From the NCBI GenBank assembly GCA_964036045.1, contig OZ038378.1, positions 104,656,001 to 104,720,000 of the forward strand: 64,000 bases of DNA. The letters run 5' to 3'. This DNA is from Eutreptiella sp. 'Long Island Sound 2002'. Taxonomy: Eukaryota; Protista; Euglenida. Below the pieces are notes generated by a model, which worked only from the letters and a program-made list of their open reading frames with translations, was not told the origin of the DNA and searched no databases. Positions 11,188 to 22,293 of this stretch are shown here, one piece after another. The position numbers and the translations under genes were made by a program. The number at the start of each line of letters is the position of its first letter. The stretch's first letter is position 1.

Positions 11188-12460
11188 CCATTTTTTGGCC
11201 TAAAACAGTGTTTCTGGGGCCTGAGTGGTCAGTTGTAGGGCTCCCCACCCTATTTTGAGGCTGCTGGACTCCATAAAAAGGTGTTTTGCAAGTTTTTGGA
11301 GCAGTTTATTGAGTTTTTTGGAGCCGCCATCACCAAACAACCGCATTTTTTTGCCCCAAAATGGCCAAAAAAAGACATTTTTTTGCCCAAAACAGTGTTT
11401 TTGGGGCGTGAGTGGTCAGTTGTAGGGCCCCACACCCTATTTTCAGGGTGCTGGACTCAAGACACAAGTGTTTTGCAAGGTTTTGGAGCAAGTAACCGAG
11501 TTTTTCGGAGCCGCCATCACCAAAAACCGCATTTTTGGCCCAAAAAAACCAAAAAAAGGCCATTTTTTGGCCTAAAACAGTGTGTTTGGGGCCTGAGTGG
11601 TCAGTTGTAGGGCTCCCCACCCTATTTTGAGGGTGCTGGACTCAAGTAAAAGTGTTTTGCAAGGTTTTGAAGCAAGTTATCGATCGTTTTCGAGCCGCCA
11701 TCACCAAAAAACCGCATTTTTTGCCCCGAAATGGCCAAAACAGTTTTTTGCCCAAAACAGTGTTTTTGGGGCCTGAATGGGCAGTTGTGGGGCCCTCCAC
11801 CTTATTTTGAGGGTGCTGGAGTGAAATAAACGTGTTTTGCAATTTTTTGGAGCAGGTTATCGAGTGTTTCGGAGACGCCATCACCAAAAAAAAACGCATT
11901 TTTTGCCCAAAAATGGCCAAAAAATGCCTTTTTTTGCCCTGAAACAGCGTTTTTGGGGCCTGAGTGGTCAGTTGTAGGGCCTCATACCCTATTTGCAGGG
12001 TGCTGGACTCGGGGAAAAACGTTTTGCAAGGTTTTGGAGCAGATAATCAAGGGTTTCAGGGCCGCCGACACCAAAAAAACGCATTTTTTGGTCAAAAATG
12101 GCCAAAAAAAGCCAATTTTTGGCCTAAAACAGTGTTTCTGGGGCCTGAGTGGTCACAGGTAGGGCCCCATACCCTATTTTGAGGATGCTGGAGTCTCAAA
12201 AGCGCGTTTTGCAGTGTTTTGGAGCAAATGATCAAGGGTTTCGGAGCCACCATCACCAAAAAACCGCTTTTTTTGCCCAAAAAAAGCGATTTTTTTGGCC
12301 TAAAACAGCATTTTGGGGGCATGAGTGTTCAGTTGTAGGGCCCCATACCCTATTTTGAGTGTGGTGGACTCAGGAAAACTTGTTTTGCAAGGTTTTGGAG
12401 CAAGTTATAGTGTTTTTGTAGCGGCCATCACCAAAAAACCGTATTTCTTGCCAAAAACAA
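11188..12460. repeat. Tandem satellite, ~185-bp unit, about 7 copies, rich in A/T tracts
   Basis: Anchor GAGTGGTCAGTTGTAGG or a variant at 11223, 11410, 11595, 11775, 11962, 12147 and 12322. Confidence 0.95.
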
Positions 12461-12469
12461 ACATGTATG

Positions 12470-12717
12470 GTTTGAGCTATACAAAAGCTGCTATTCGCAA
12501 CTAGGTGGTGAATGTCATATTTCTCGGATACGGCCGATTTTAGATGGAATCAAGCCTGCATTGTCGATCTAGGGGCTGGAAAATTTCGAAATTTTGAGGT
12601 CGGGGGGGGAGGCTAACTCCGGAAAATATCCTTTTTATGGTATAATTTGATAAAAAAAGTAGTATTTCTGACTGTAGCTGGTTTTTGGATTTTTGGACCC
12701 CATAAAATCCTAGGTGC
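12470..12717. repeat. ~250-bp repeat module; inverted partner at 60548-60795
   Basis: ctgctattcgcaactaggtggtgaatg...ggaccccataaaatcctaggtg matches the reverse complement of cacctagcattttatggggtcc...cattcaccacctagttgcgaatagcag. Confidence 0.92.
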
Positions 12718-12719
12718 AT

Positions 12720-15700
12720 CGCTAGCACAGGTACAGCAGCGCCTGCAGGCCGGTGGGAAGACTGTGGGGGGCACAGGGAGCGAGGGGAGAAGAGCACAGG
12801 AGGGCATGGGAGATGATAGGGAAAGAGGAGAGTAGGCGCGGGAGAGGGAAGCAAAGATCATGGGAGGAGTGGACGTGGGGCGGAGGGGTGGACGGAGGGA
12901 CAAGGCAGGCCGCGGGGAGGGGAGGCGCAGGCAGTAAAGGAGCTGCAGCAAGCGTGGGCTGATCTTCGGAGAAGGCTGGAGAAGGTGGTGAGGGCGGAAC
13001 GGGAAGGCGGGTGGCACGGGGAGAGCGGGGGGCCGGAGGGTCGCCGCCCAATACTGCTATTCAGGCAGCCAGCTATCCCGCTGGAGCAGGGGAGTGAGAT
13101 GCAGGAGAGGGCATGGAGGCAGATCAGGGGTGAGGCAACGACGCTGGCGGAGAGGGACAGGGAGGTGGCGGCGCCAGAGCGCAGGGTGTGAGAGGAGGAG
13201 GAGGCGGTGGCCCGAGGGGCGCACGGGGTCCTCCCGGACCCGGAAAGGAAAAACCCCTCCACGGATGTGGAGGGGCAGTCGCTATCCGGGAGGAGGGCTA
13301 GGGAGGTGGGGTGGGGAGCAGGGGAGGCAGCCCCAGCCCGGAGCCGACGCTGACCGACTGGGGCTCGGATTCGCCGTCCCTGCGGCGGTATGCGCTGCCG
13401 CCGGTACCGAGGGGGTCCGGGACCGTCGCGGGGTGGAGGGCGGAGGACATGGTGGAGCTGGTCCGCTACGTGAAGTGGGCGGGGAGGACGAGGGAGGGGC
13501 GGGGGATGCGAGGGACCTGCCCCTTCAGCGACCTGGTCAGCAGGGCGGTTAGGCCAAGGGAAAGGGGGCCTCAGAAGGAGGAGGGCCGGTGGAGGAGGAT
13601 GCTGGGAGAGGCACTCCCGGGGGTGAGCCTGGACTGTCCCCGAGAGCGGGGGAAAATGCCCAGGGTGCGGAAGCTGCGGGAGCTGATGCAGCTGGAGGGG
13701 TGTTACGAGGGTGAGGGGTAGGGCGAGGCAGCAACAGGACCGCAGTGCACATCCTCCTTAACACGTGGGCGCCAGGTACACGGGGAGTGGAGGGTGGACA
13801 GTCGGACGAGAGGCAAGGAGGGTTCCAGGAGGGGAAGACTCGAGGAGTCGGCAAGGGAAGGAGATGGTTGAAGACAGGCGTAGGGGACGCAAGGAGTAGA
13901 GGAAAGGCGAGGGGGCGCGGAGGAGCAAGAAGTGGCGGGGGCACGTCCAGCGTTGGAGGATGGCGAGCATGGCAGCGGGGGAGGAGGTGATGGCAGACGA
14001 AGACAAGAACCCCCAGAGAAGGGAACAGGGTCCGTGGCGACAGCGGCTAGGGCGGTGGAGTACGGGAGCGACAACGGGTGCGGATGGAGCGGCCGGGCAG
14101 CAGGGCGCAGGAAGTTTCGTGGGTGCTGCACTAAGCTCGTCCAAGAGCAAGAAGCCTGACATGATGCAGAAGTACTGTTGGACCCGCTGTACTGTGGACT
14201 GGTGTGCTGGTGGAGTACGGCGAGCGGTGGTATGGAACCGGGCAGCGATGCCAAATTCGCCGGGCCTGCGGGGATACTCAGCGTCGGGTCAAGACGGACA
14301 GGAGCCTGTCAGGAACAGCTGGCGGTGACATGGAGCTGAGATGCCTGCTCGAAGCGCTGGGCCTACGAGGATCGCATTGGCTCTTGTGGGCCCGATGGGC
14401 GGTTCACTCTTGCCCGCCGCGTGAGGGATAGCTCGATCAGCCACCGGCACAAGTCCTGGCAGATCTCAACAACCCATCATCTAACCTGTCAACAAGCAGG
14501 ACCCTAATCCAGTCCGCATGTAAACACCCCCCCTCGCCGTGAATCCACGGCGTCCTGGATAGGGTCAGAGTCGGGGAGGGGGGCATAGCACAAATACTGG
14601 GGACAGTAGCACATCAGAGTGGGCAGGGTGAGGGTACGACCCGACACCAGGGGGAAGGGTAGGGACAACAGAATAGGGCATAGGTAGATCTCACGGCTGG
14701 TACACGCGGGAGAATGCACGGCAACGGCAGAGACGGCGGACGGAAAAGTACAGACAGGACCATCAGAGTGACAGCGGATAGGAGTTGAGGAGGGGGACGC
14801 AGGGGGCCAACAACGACACAAAGATATACCACGTCCCGCGCAGAGAACAGCCATGCCGATGACCCGCATTGAACCGTACCGGCCGCCCCGCGCCACCATC
14901 AGGGAGCTGATGGAGGGGAAGCCTGCGGGGGCGGACGACGGAGGAATCCCCCCGAAGGGGTATCCGGAGAGGCCGCCGGAGTCGGCCTACAGGACAGAGG
15001 ACAGGGCGGGTGCTGAGAAACGCGTGAGAGCGCGCGAGATACAGCCCTGGCGCGGGGAAGACAAGCGGAGAGCACAAAAAGCAGGAGAACAGCAGTAAGA
15101 GGGCGGGCGGGAGACAGGGGAGGGGAGGGGGAGGGGAGGGGAGAGACGGGAGGGACGAGAGGAGAGGGACACGAGGGAGGGGCGCCCACCTGGCATGGTT
15201 GGGGACTGCCAAGGGGCACGCCCCAGGAGGGCGAGGGGACAGGAGATGAGAACAGAGGGGAACCGTGACCCGATGACCAGTGCAGTGCTGACGTGCTCGC
15301 ATGCAGGGAGGAGGGTACCACAAGGCAGGAAGGACTGCGAGAGAGGGGGGGGGGGGGAACCAAAGGAAAACCCACAAGCACCGCAGGAGGGCGAACAGCA
15401 CAGAGCGAGTAGGCAGCGGGGGGACGGGAAGGAGCAAGCGGTGCAGAAGAGGGGCCACGGGTGGCGCGCAAAAAAAAAAAAATCACAGGTGACCAGGCGG
15501 GGAAGAGGCACGGGTACCGGGGGCGGGGCCAGGAAGAAGAGCCCTCAACAGGTCACGAAAGAGACACACCACCCACACGAAAGGGGGGGGGGCGACCCGT
15601 GCTAGGTGCACAAAACGGTCCCTGGATGGATGAGCATCCAGTGGGCCCGCGCAGAAGGTTTGCAGGCAGCCCGGTGAAGTATAAACACGGGATGATGGGA

Positions 15701-16490
15701 AAAGGGGACGGGACAGAGAAGGGCATGTGGCTAGGGCCGCACAACAGCCCTAGGAGATTCAGAAGGCGCTGGGCACGGGAAATAGGCCGTGATGGGTGAC
15801 GGGACGTGGCACAGGGCAAAGGGACGTCACAGGGTTGCGAACCAGGGAAAGAGGGGAGGCGGAGAAAATTGAGCACCAGCGCTGTGGGATTGGGAAACCA
15901 GTCGCCCTGGGGTAGTGAAGCATGGGCCAACAATGGGGAGCCTGGCGACGGGAAGTCGGGAAAATGCCCAGAACTCCAGGACGGCCGTGAGGTGTACGCA
16001 GGGGTGAGGGTTGACCCTGAGGTCCCCGCGTCAATGGCCTGAGTACACGTGGGCTCACGCGTGAGCGGGACCTGGGGGAGTGTGAAAAGGGTTGCCCGCT
16101 GGCCTCCAGCTGCGGATGGACGACACCCAAGTGCATCCAGGAGCCGAGTTGAGAGGTTGAGAGAGAGAAATGCTGCGCTGTCGGAGACAGCTATCCACAG
16201 GAAACCCGCCTGCAGGCACCCAAATAGGCTGTGCTAGAGGGGGAATGCCGGAAGGTCCTTCGATAGGAGACCGCAAGGAGCTGAGACTGTGAGGGCAGCG
16301 ACTGAAGGAAACCTACCGCTGGTCATGCCCCAAGGCAAACTGGTTGAAGTTCTCGGCCGTGAGGTGAGACGGGGGTCGCCAGGGGAACTAATGGTGGATA
16401 GCTCTCCTTCCTGGCAGAGGCGGCTACCATGTAAAACAAACAAGGGGATGTCAGATGAGGCTGCGAACGCCGCCGCCCTTACTTACTTAC
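12720..16490 (+). mobile_element. Degenerate G-rich retroelement-like remnants (probably two pieces, boundary ~14515), ending in a (TTAC)n tail
   Basis: Purine/G-rich coding-like composition similar to the LINE N-terminus; CTTACTTACTTAC at 16478-16490. No diagnostic domain recognised. Confidence 0.4.
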
Positions 16491-16494
16491 TCAC

Positions 16495-18850
16495 TTGGTG
16501 GTGTGTCTGAGGGTAGGGGCGTCGCTCCCTTCCCGCCTTTCTCCGCTAGGGGTTGCAGTTGGTGCTCGGGTGTTGGTTGGGACGTGGCCTCCCCCTTCTT
16601 CATCGTGTTCAGGGGTCGTGCGTGTGGATAGGGGCGTTGTTTTTACCCCGCCTTTCCTTCTCTGGCCGTGCATTGCGTGGTCCTGGTTGGGATACCCCTG
16701 ACGCCCGCCTGTCGGCCGGCATTTCACTGGCTGGGGTGTGTAGCTTTTCTCGTGTGGGGCAGGCGGTTCCTAACCTGTCCCGGCGGCTTGCGCCGTCTGG
16801 TGTGCGGGCCTTCTTCCAAATTGGGGGTTTTGTGACCCCGCCTCTCCTGGAGGTCGGTGCCGTCTGCGGTTGGGGGTTCTGTGGGGGTCGCTGTGGGCGT
16901 CTTTTCCCCCCTCGACCACCTCCTTTTTTTTTGCGGGCGTTTGTTCCTGGCCATCCCACTGGGGACCCTTCTTCGCTTGTCGGGCAGGGGGTGTGAGTGT
17001 GGTCTTCAGTTCTGTTGTGTTGTGGTTCACCGGGTGTTGCTGTTGCCTGTTCTTGCCGTGGTCCTCTTGGTCCCCGCTTCCCCCCCTTTCGTGGGTTTTT
17101 TTTTCACGGTCCTTGTTGTGTCCGCGTCCCTGTGGTCGGCAGAGGTGTGTGCCGGCATGTCTGGGGTGTCTTTTCCTCTGGTTCATCGGTGGCTGCGTGG
17201 TCGTGGTGGGTGGCTTTATTCTGGCTGGGTGTCGTTAGGCTAGGCTGTGCGGTCTCTCGGTGTCCTATCGGTGGGTCTCGTGGGCGTCGCACATGGTGTC
17301 GCCTGGTTTGTGGGGTGGAGAGGGCCGCCAGGCTGTTTCCTCTTCGTAGGTGGGTGGGGTTTCCCCCCTTCCCTGTCCTGGTTTTTTTTCGGGGGGGGGG
17401 CTTGCCTGTTCCTCCCTCTGCCCTCCCTGGGCCCGTGCACGCACTGGTCGGTGAGCGGCGTGGCTAACTGGCTCGCTGTTCGTGATGCAGGTGGCCGGCG
17501 GCCGTGCCCCGGCTCTATGCGCCTTGTGGCTTATATACACGCATAGGCTGGCGGCTTGTTATGTTGGGTTAGGCTTGGGTTCTGCCGGCTCGGCAGTTGC
17601 GCCACCCAGTTTTGTTGGGTCATGGGTCAGGGGGGGCAGAGGGTGGCTGGGGCGGTTCTTTGGGCCAGGGTTGCCCCGTGACCCCCGGTCCCTGTGGTGT
17701 CGGATTGGTGCTGGCGGGTTAAAGTTTCCGGTGGCGATTCCTGCCGCCTGGCCGCTGCGGGCAGGGGGCAGGGGCCGCGTCAGGTTTTTCCGGCACCCCC
17801 GTTTGTGGTGGGCTGGTGTGGTGGTGTCCCATTAATTTGGGCGTGTTTCTTTCCTTTCTAGCGTGTGAGGTGGCTTGACCGAGTTGGGCCTGCGGTAAGC
17901 GTTCCTTGCCTTCGTTTTGTTGTGTGCTTTGGTGTGCCGTGGTGTGCTGTGCTATGCTTTGCTGTGCTGCGCCGCGCTGCTCGGCGCTTTACTGCGCTGC
18001 GCCCTGCTCTGCCGTGCTGTAGAGTGCCGTACTGCTGCGGGTTGCGCCTTGCTGTGCAGTGCTGCGCCGTGTCGTGCTGTGCTGTGCCGTTTGGCGGGGT
18101 GCCGTGCCGGGCTGCGCTTGACTGTGGTGTGCTGTGCTGTGTTGCGTTGTGTCGTGCTTCTTCGTCTTTTGCTGTGCCTTGCTGTGTGGCGCGTCAGTCG
18201 CAATCCCTAGTCCGGCGTGGAGTGGCGTTGGCGCTGGTCAGACTGGTGGCTTTGCTGTGGGGGTCGTGTGCTCGGGTTATGTGGCTCGCTGCTGGCTGGT
18301 GGGCGTGGTTTGGCGTGGTGCGGCTCCTTGGATCGGTGCTGCTGGGAGTCTCGGTGTGCTGTCCGGTCCGGTGGGCCTGGCGGGTGTCTGCCGTATTACT
18401 CGCCCTTGGGGCCTGCGCCTTGGTCCCGGGCTGTGCCGTGTGGCAGGGGGCCGTGCCGCGCTGCGCTGCACCGTGGTGTGCTGTGCTGTGTTGCGTTGTG
18501 TCGTGCTTTTTCGTCTTTTGCTGTGCCTTGCTGTGCGGTGCGCCAGTCGCAATCCCTGGTCCGGCGTGGAGTGGCGTTGGCGCTGGTCAGACTGGTGGCC
18601 TTGCTGTGTGGGTCGTGTGCTCGGGTCATGTGGCTCGCTGCTGGCTGGTGGGCGTGTTTTGGCGTGGTGCGGCTCCTTGGATCGGTGCTGCTGGGAGTCT
18701 GGGTGTGCCGGTGGGCCAGGCGGGTGTCCGTCGGATTACTCACCCTTGGGGCCTGCGCCTTGGTCTCAGGGCTTCTGGGGGTCCCTGTTTCTGGGGATGC
18801 GCCGGGTTCCGCGGGGTGGGATGGCGTGGTCTCCTCGGCCTGGCTCGTTC
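16495..18850. repeat. GT-rich complex repeat with degenerate GCTGT-type pentamers and an internal ~349-bp tandem duplication
   Basis: gtggtgtgctgtgctgtgttgcgttgtgtcgtgctt at 18124 and 18473, with continuing similarity. Confidence 0.75.
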
Positions 18851-19830
18851 CCCCCCAGGAACACGCGCAACCACAGCAGCAAAGCCCCAGGCCTTGAACA
18901 ACAAGTTGTTAAGAAATGCCGGCCAACAGCAAGATTGCCGGCAAGTACCCCTGCCCGAGAGAACCGTGTTGGGTACAGACAAGATCACATTGCACTGCAA
19001 ACCACAACCTATCCGTGGGCGCAACAGCCCAGTCAATTGCATGAAGCCAGGGCGGCAGTGCACCCTTGGTAGCTAAGCCTCCGTGCTGCACCACGGGCGA
19101 TACGAAAAAATTTGTGTCCGGTTTATGTGTCGACAACCAGTACAACTCAATCAATCAAAGCGCAAGCCCAAAATGACAATGAACCTGTGCTGCACTAGAT
19201 ACAGGAGCGCAGCAGTTTGCCTTGGACGCCGTATAAGAACGAGATCATTGCCCTCATTGCAGAGTAGGCACCCCCTGGTCTCTTCTCATATGGGATTCCA
19301 ACACAGAAATGGTGGGGAAGATTCAAGCATAGGCATCCAGAAATTTGTGAACGAACCTGCGCAATGGCAGACACTCAGGGAGTAATGTCGATGCTGACCA
19401 AAGACCAGTAGGAACAGTGTTTTCATCAACACCGACGCGCAGTGCTGATGGTTGTCGGGATGGACTGCAAATACCGCTGACTCTGTTGTTCAAGGAGAAG
19501 CGCCGTGCCAGCTGCTGGCACCACAGAGCCAGAATTACCCTGTACCTACGCAGCACAGGTACAGACTGGTCGTCTCATGCAGTATTTGGTGATTGGATAC
19601 AACACTTCTTCGTCGAGCGGGTCCCACCGTCAGATCATCTGCTCGGCAAGGCGCTTCTAATGTGTGATGGGTCCCGCACACATTGGGAACCCCAGCTGCC
19701 GCAGATGTGCAAGTCAAAGGGGGTTGAAATCCTCCTGTTGCCACCTAAGTGCACCAACATCATGCATTAGCTCAACAAAGCCGTCTTTGGCCCTCCCAAA
19801 AGGGGTTGTTGTGATGGACAGATACTTGGG
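18850..19830 (+). pseudogene. pogo/Tigger-type (DDE_1) transposase remnant
   Basis: ADGCRDGLQIPLTLLFKEK...VFGDWIQHFF...ALLMCDGSRTH...GVEILLLPPKCTNIMH*LNKAVFGPPK fits the DDE_1 consensus (DG.H/SH...LPP..T..LQPLD..VFGPLK). Confidence 0.8.
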
Positions 19831-20034
19831 CCTGTCAGCGCTGCCGTCCCAGAGTGACCCATGCAGTTTTAGTACATATGTCTTATGAGGCCTGGTGTCT
19901 GGAGAAACATCCTTGGGAATTTTCACTTGATTTTGCCACTTGTGTGGCTCACGCCCTTCCGGAACGCTCTTCTTGGTTAAATTTGGGTTTTTTTTGAGTT
20001 CAGATCGATCAGTAATTGGCTAAGAAGGTCCTAG

Positions 20035-22206
20035 TGACGCGAAATCGTGGGCTGTCCACGATTGCGCAAGAACAGGCCACTTAATGGGTGTTTCCTGGGA
20101 TGGATGAATGTACCTTAGGTACTCCGTAGACCTTTTGGAGCCTGCGGACAGGCAGCGCGAACGCTGCCGCGAAGCGCCAGATTGTCGCAGGCGATAATTG
20201 CCAGCTCACGCTCAGGCATGAAAGACCACCAAAAGGCAGTGATTTTACAATAAATTTTTATTGCAGATCATTAATTTTAATTACGACGGGTTCATCCAAG
20301 GGTGTAGCATAAGTTACGGGCATGCGTGGGATCTGTGCTTCACAGAGACCAAACACTCTGCCCTTTTCTGTGCACAGGACACCAGACTGTGTCATGTATG
20401 GGACCATGCAAGGGTCCTACGATGATTTAAGCCAAGCTATGGACATGGAGAACCCTGTGGGAACGACGGACGCCGAAGTGATTTCAGTGCTCCTCGTGTG
20501 TCGCTCCGTGCCTAGAAGGATGACCAAGAGTGGGGCTGGTGCGCTACTGGAGGCGCTTGCACGTCCGGAGAAAAGAGGCTTTTCCGAGTTTGACAAATCT
20601 CAAGAGATTTTGCGAAAAATCAGGGATTTCGACAAAAACTTTGCAGGAACTTCAAGGGCCGTAGCAACGGAACTAGTGAAGCGAAGCAAAGCGTCAAACT
20701 ACAGAATCCTCACGATATCCGTACAATAAGGAGCCAAAAGCTGGGCACCCCACTACCGCTTCAAAATCATCGTACCGTGCAGCAGGTCCCATGTAGCGTG
20801 ACGTGAGTGGCACTGCGGCAGAGACGCCCAGCGATCCGCAGTGCAACGCCCGAGGACAAAAACTGCGCTCGGCTGTATGGAGGTGCGTTGCTGCGCCGGC
20901 TTGCGTAGCACCCCTCCGCCCCATGGGTCCGCACGACACCAGACCCAGCCGTCGCTCGTGAAGATCGTCAGCGATTCCCCCCGTGTGACGCAGCTGTTCT
21001 GCTCTCACTGTAGTAATGCTGACCTCGGAAGCACCATGGGAGCCCTCGCTGCAGACCAAGGCAGCTTGCAGCATCGTGGCAAAAGAGACCCTCGCTGTAC
21101 AACGTCGAGTACAGCATCGTGGCAGATCCCGTGCGCTTGGACGCGCCAAGCGCATTGAGGCATGGTGTGCGAAGGGGTTTGGTACGTAAATACCAGTCAG
21201 GGAGCGCCGCTGACGCTCTTCAGTGGCCAGTCCAGTGAGACCAGCGTGGGACCCCAGCGCGCTGTGTCGTTTTTATTTTCTGGGCCGGCATTAATTTTAT
21301 TATTAATCTGCCATGTCTCTGGTGGTGGCAATCAGTGGTTCAGCGTTCTTGTTGGGCAGCCACCCTTTTACTGCTGGCGCGCAGAGGCGTCAGCGCGTGT
21401 AAGCTATGCACAGGAAACACCCACGCGTGGGGCTTGCAGAGCTGCCATCAGCCTAGCAAGCCTTTTAAGGAGAGGGGTGACGCGAAATCGTGGGCTGTCC
21501 ACGATTGCGCAAGAACAGGCCACTTAATGGGTGTTTCCTGGGATGGATGAATGTACCTTAGGTACTCCGTAGACCTTTTGGAGCCTGCGGACAGGCAGCG
21601 CGAACGCTGCCGCGAAGCGCCAGATTGTCGCAGGCGATAATTGCCAGCTCACGCTCAGGCATGAAAGACCACCAAAAGGCAGTGATTTTACAATAAATTT
21701 TTATTGCAGATCATTAATTTTAATTACGACGGGTTCATCCAAGGGTGTAGCATAAGTTACGGGCATGCGTGGGATCTGTGCTTCACAGAGACCAAACACT
21801 CTGCCCTTTTCTGTGCACAGGACACCAGACTGTGTCATGTATGGGACCATGCAAGGGTCCTACGATGATTTAAGCCAAGCTATGGACATGGAGAACCCTG
21901 TGGGAACGACGGACGCCGAAGTGATTTCAGTGCTCCTCGTGTGTCGCTCCGTGCCTAGAAGGATGACCAAGAGTGGGGCTGGTGCGCTACTGGAGGCGCT
22001 TGCACGTCCGGAGAAAAGAGGTCTTTCCGAGTTTGACAAATCTCATAAGATTTTGCGAAAAATCAGGGATTTCGACAAAAACTTTGCAGGAACTTCAAGG
22101 GCCGTAGCAACGGAACTAGTGAAGCGAAGCAAAGCGTCAAACTACAGAATCCTCACGATATCCGTACAATAAGGAGCCAAAAGCTGGGCACCCCACTACC
22201 GCTTCA
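20035..22206 (+). mobile_element. Young non-autonomous LTR element (TRIM/LARD-like): LTRs 20035-20763 and 21478-22206, 714-bp non-coding interior
   Basis: Two 729-bp LTRs with TG...CA ends and about four substitutions noticed; 4-bp TSD CTAG (20031-20034, 22207-22210); polypurine tract AAGGAGAGGGG just before the 3' LTR. Confidence 0.95.
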
Positions 22207-22229
22207 CTAGCGTCCCGGTGTATGCCTCA

Positions 22230-22240
22230 TGGTAGCAGAG
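22230..22240 (+). promoter_or_regulatory. Primer-binding site TGGTAGCAGAG (initiator tRNA-Met) of an older LTR element
   Basis: Follows ...gtatgcctCA; complementary to the ...CUCUGCUACCA end of initiator tRNA-Met; a gag-like ORF starts 54 bp downstream. Confidence 0.85.
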
Positions 22241-22293
22241 GCCTGGCCTCTGTGGCCTAATCCGAACTCCAGCATCCGCGTGTCGACCTGGGT

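Noticed and set aside
20322-20729. 135-aa ORF present twice (also 21765-22172) as a duplicated gene
   Set aside because: It is duplicated only because it lies within the two LTRs, and there is no recognisable domain.
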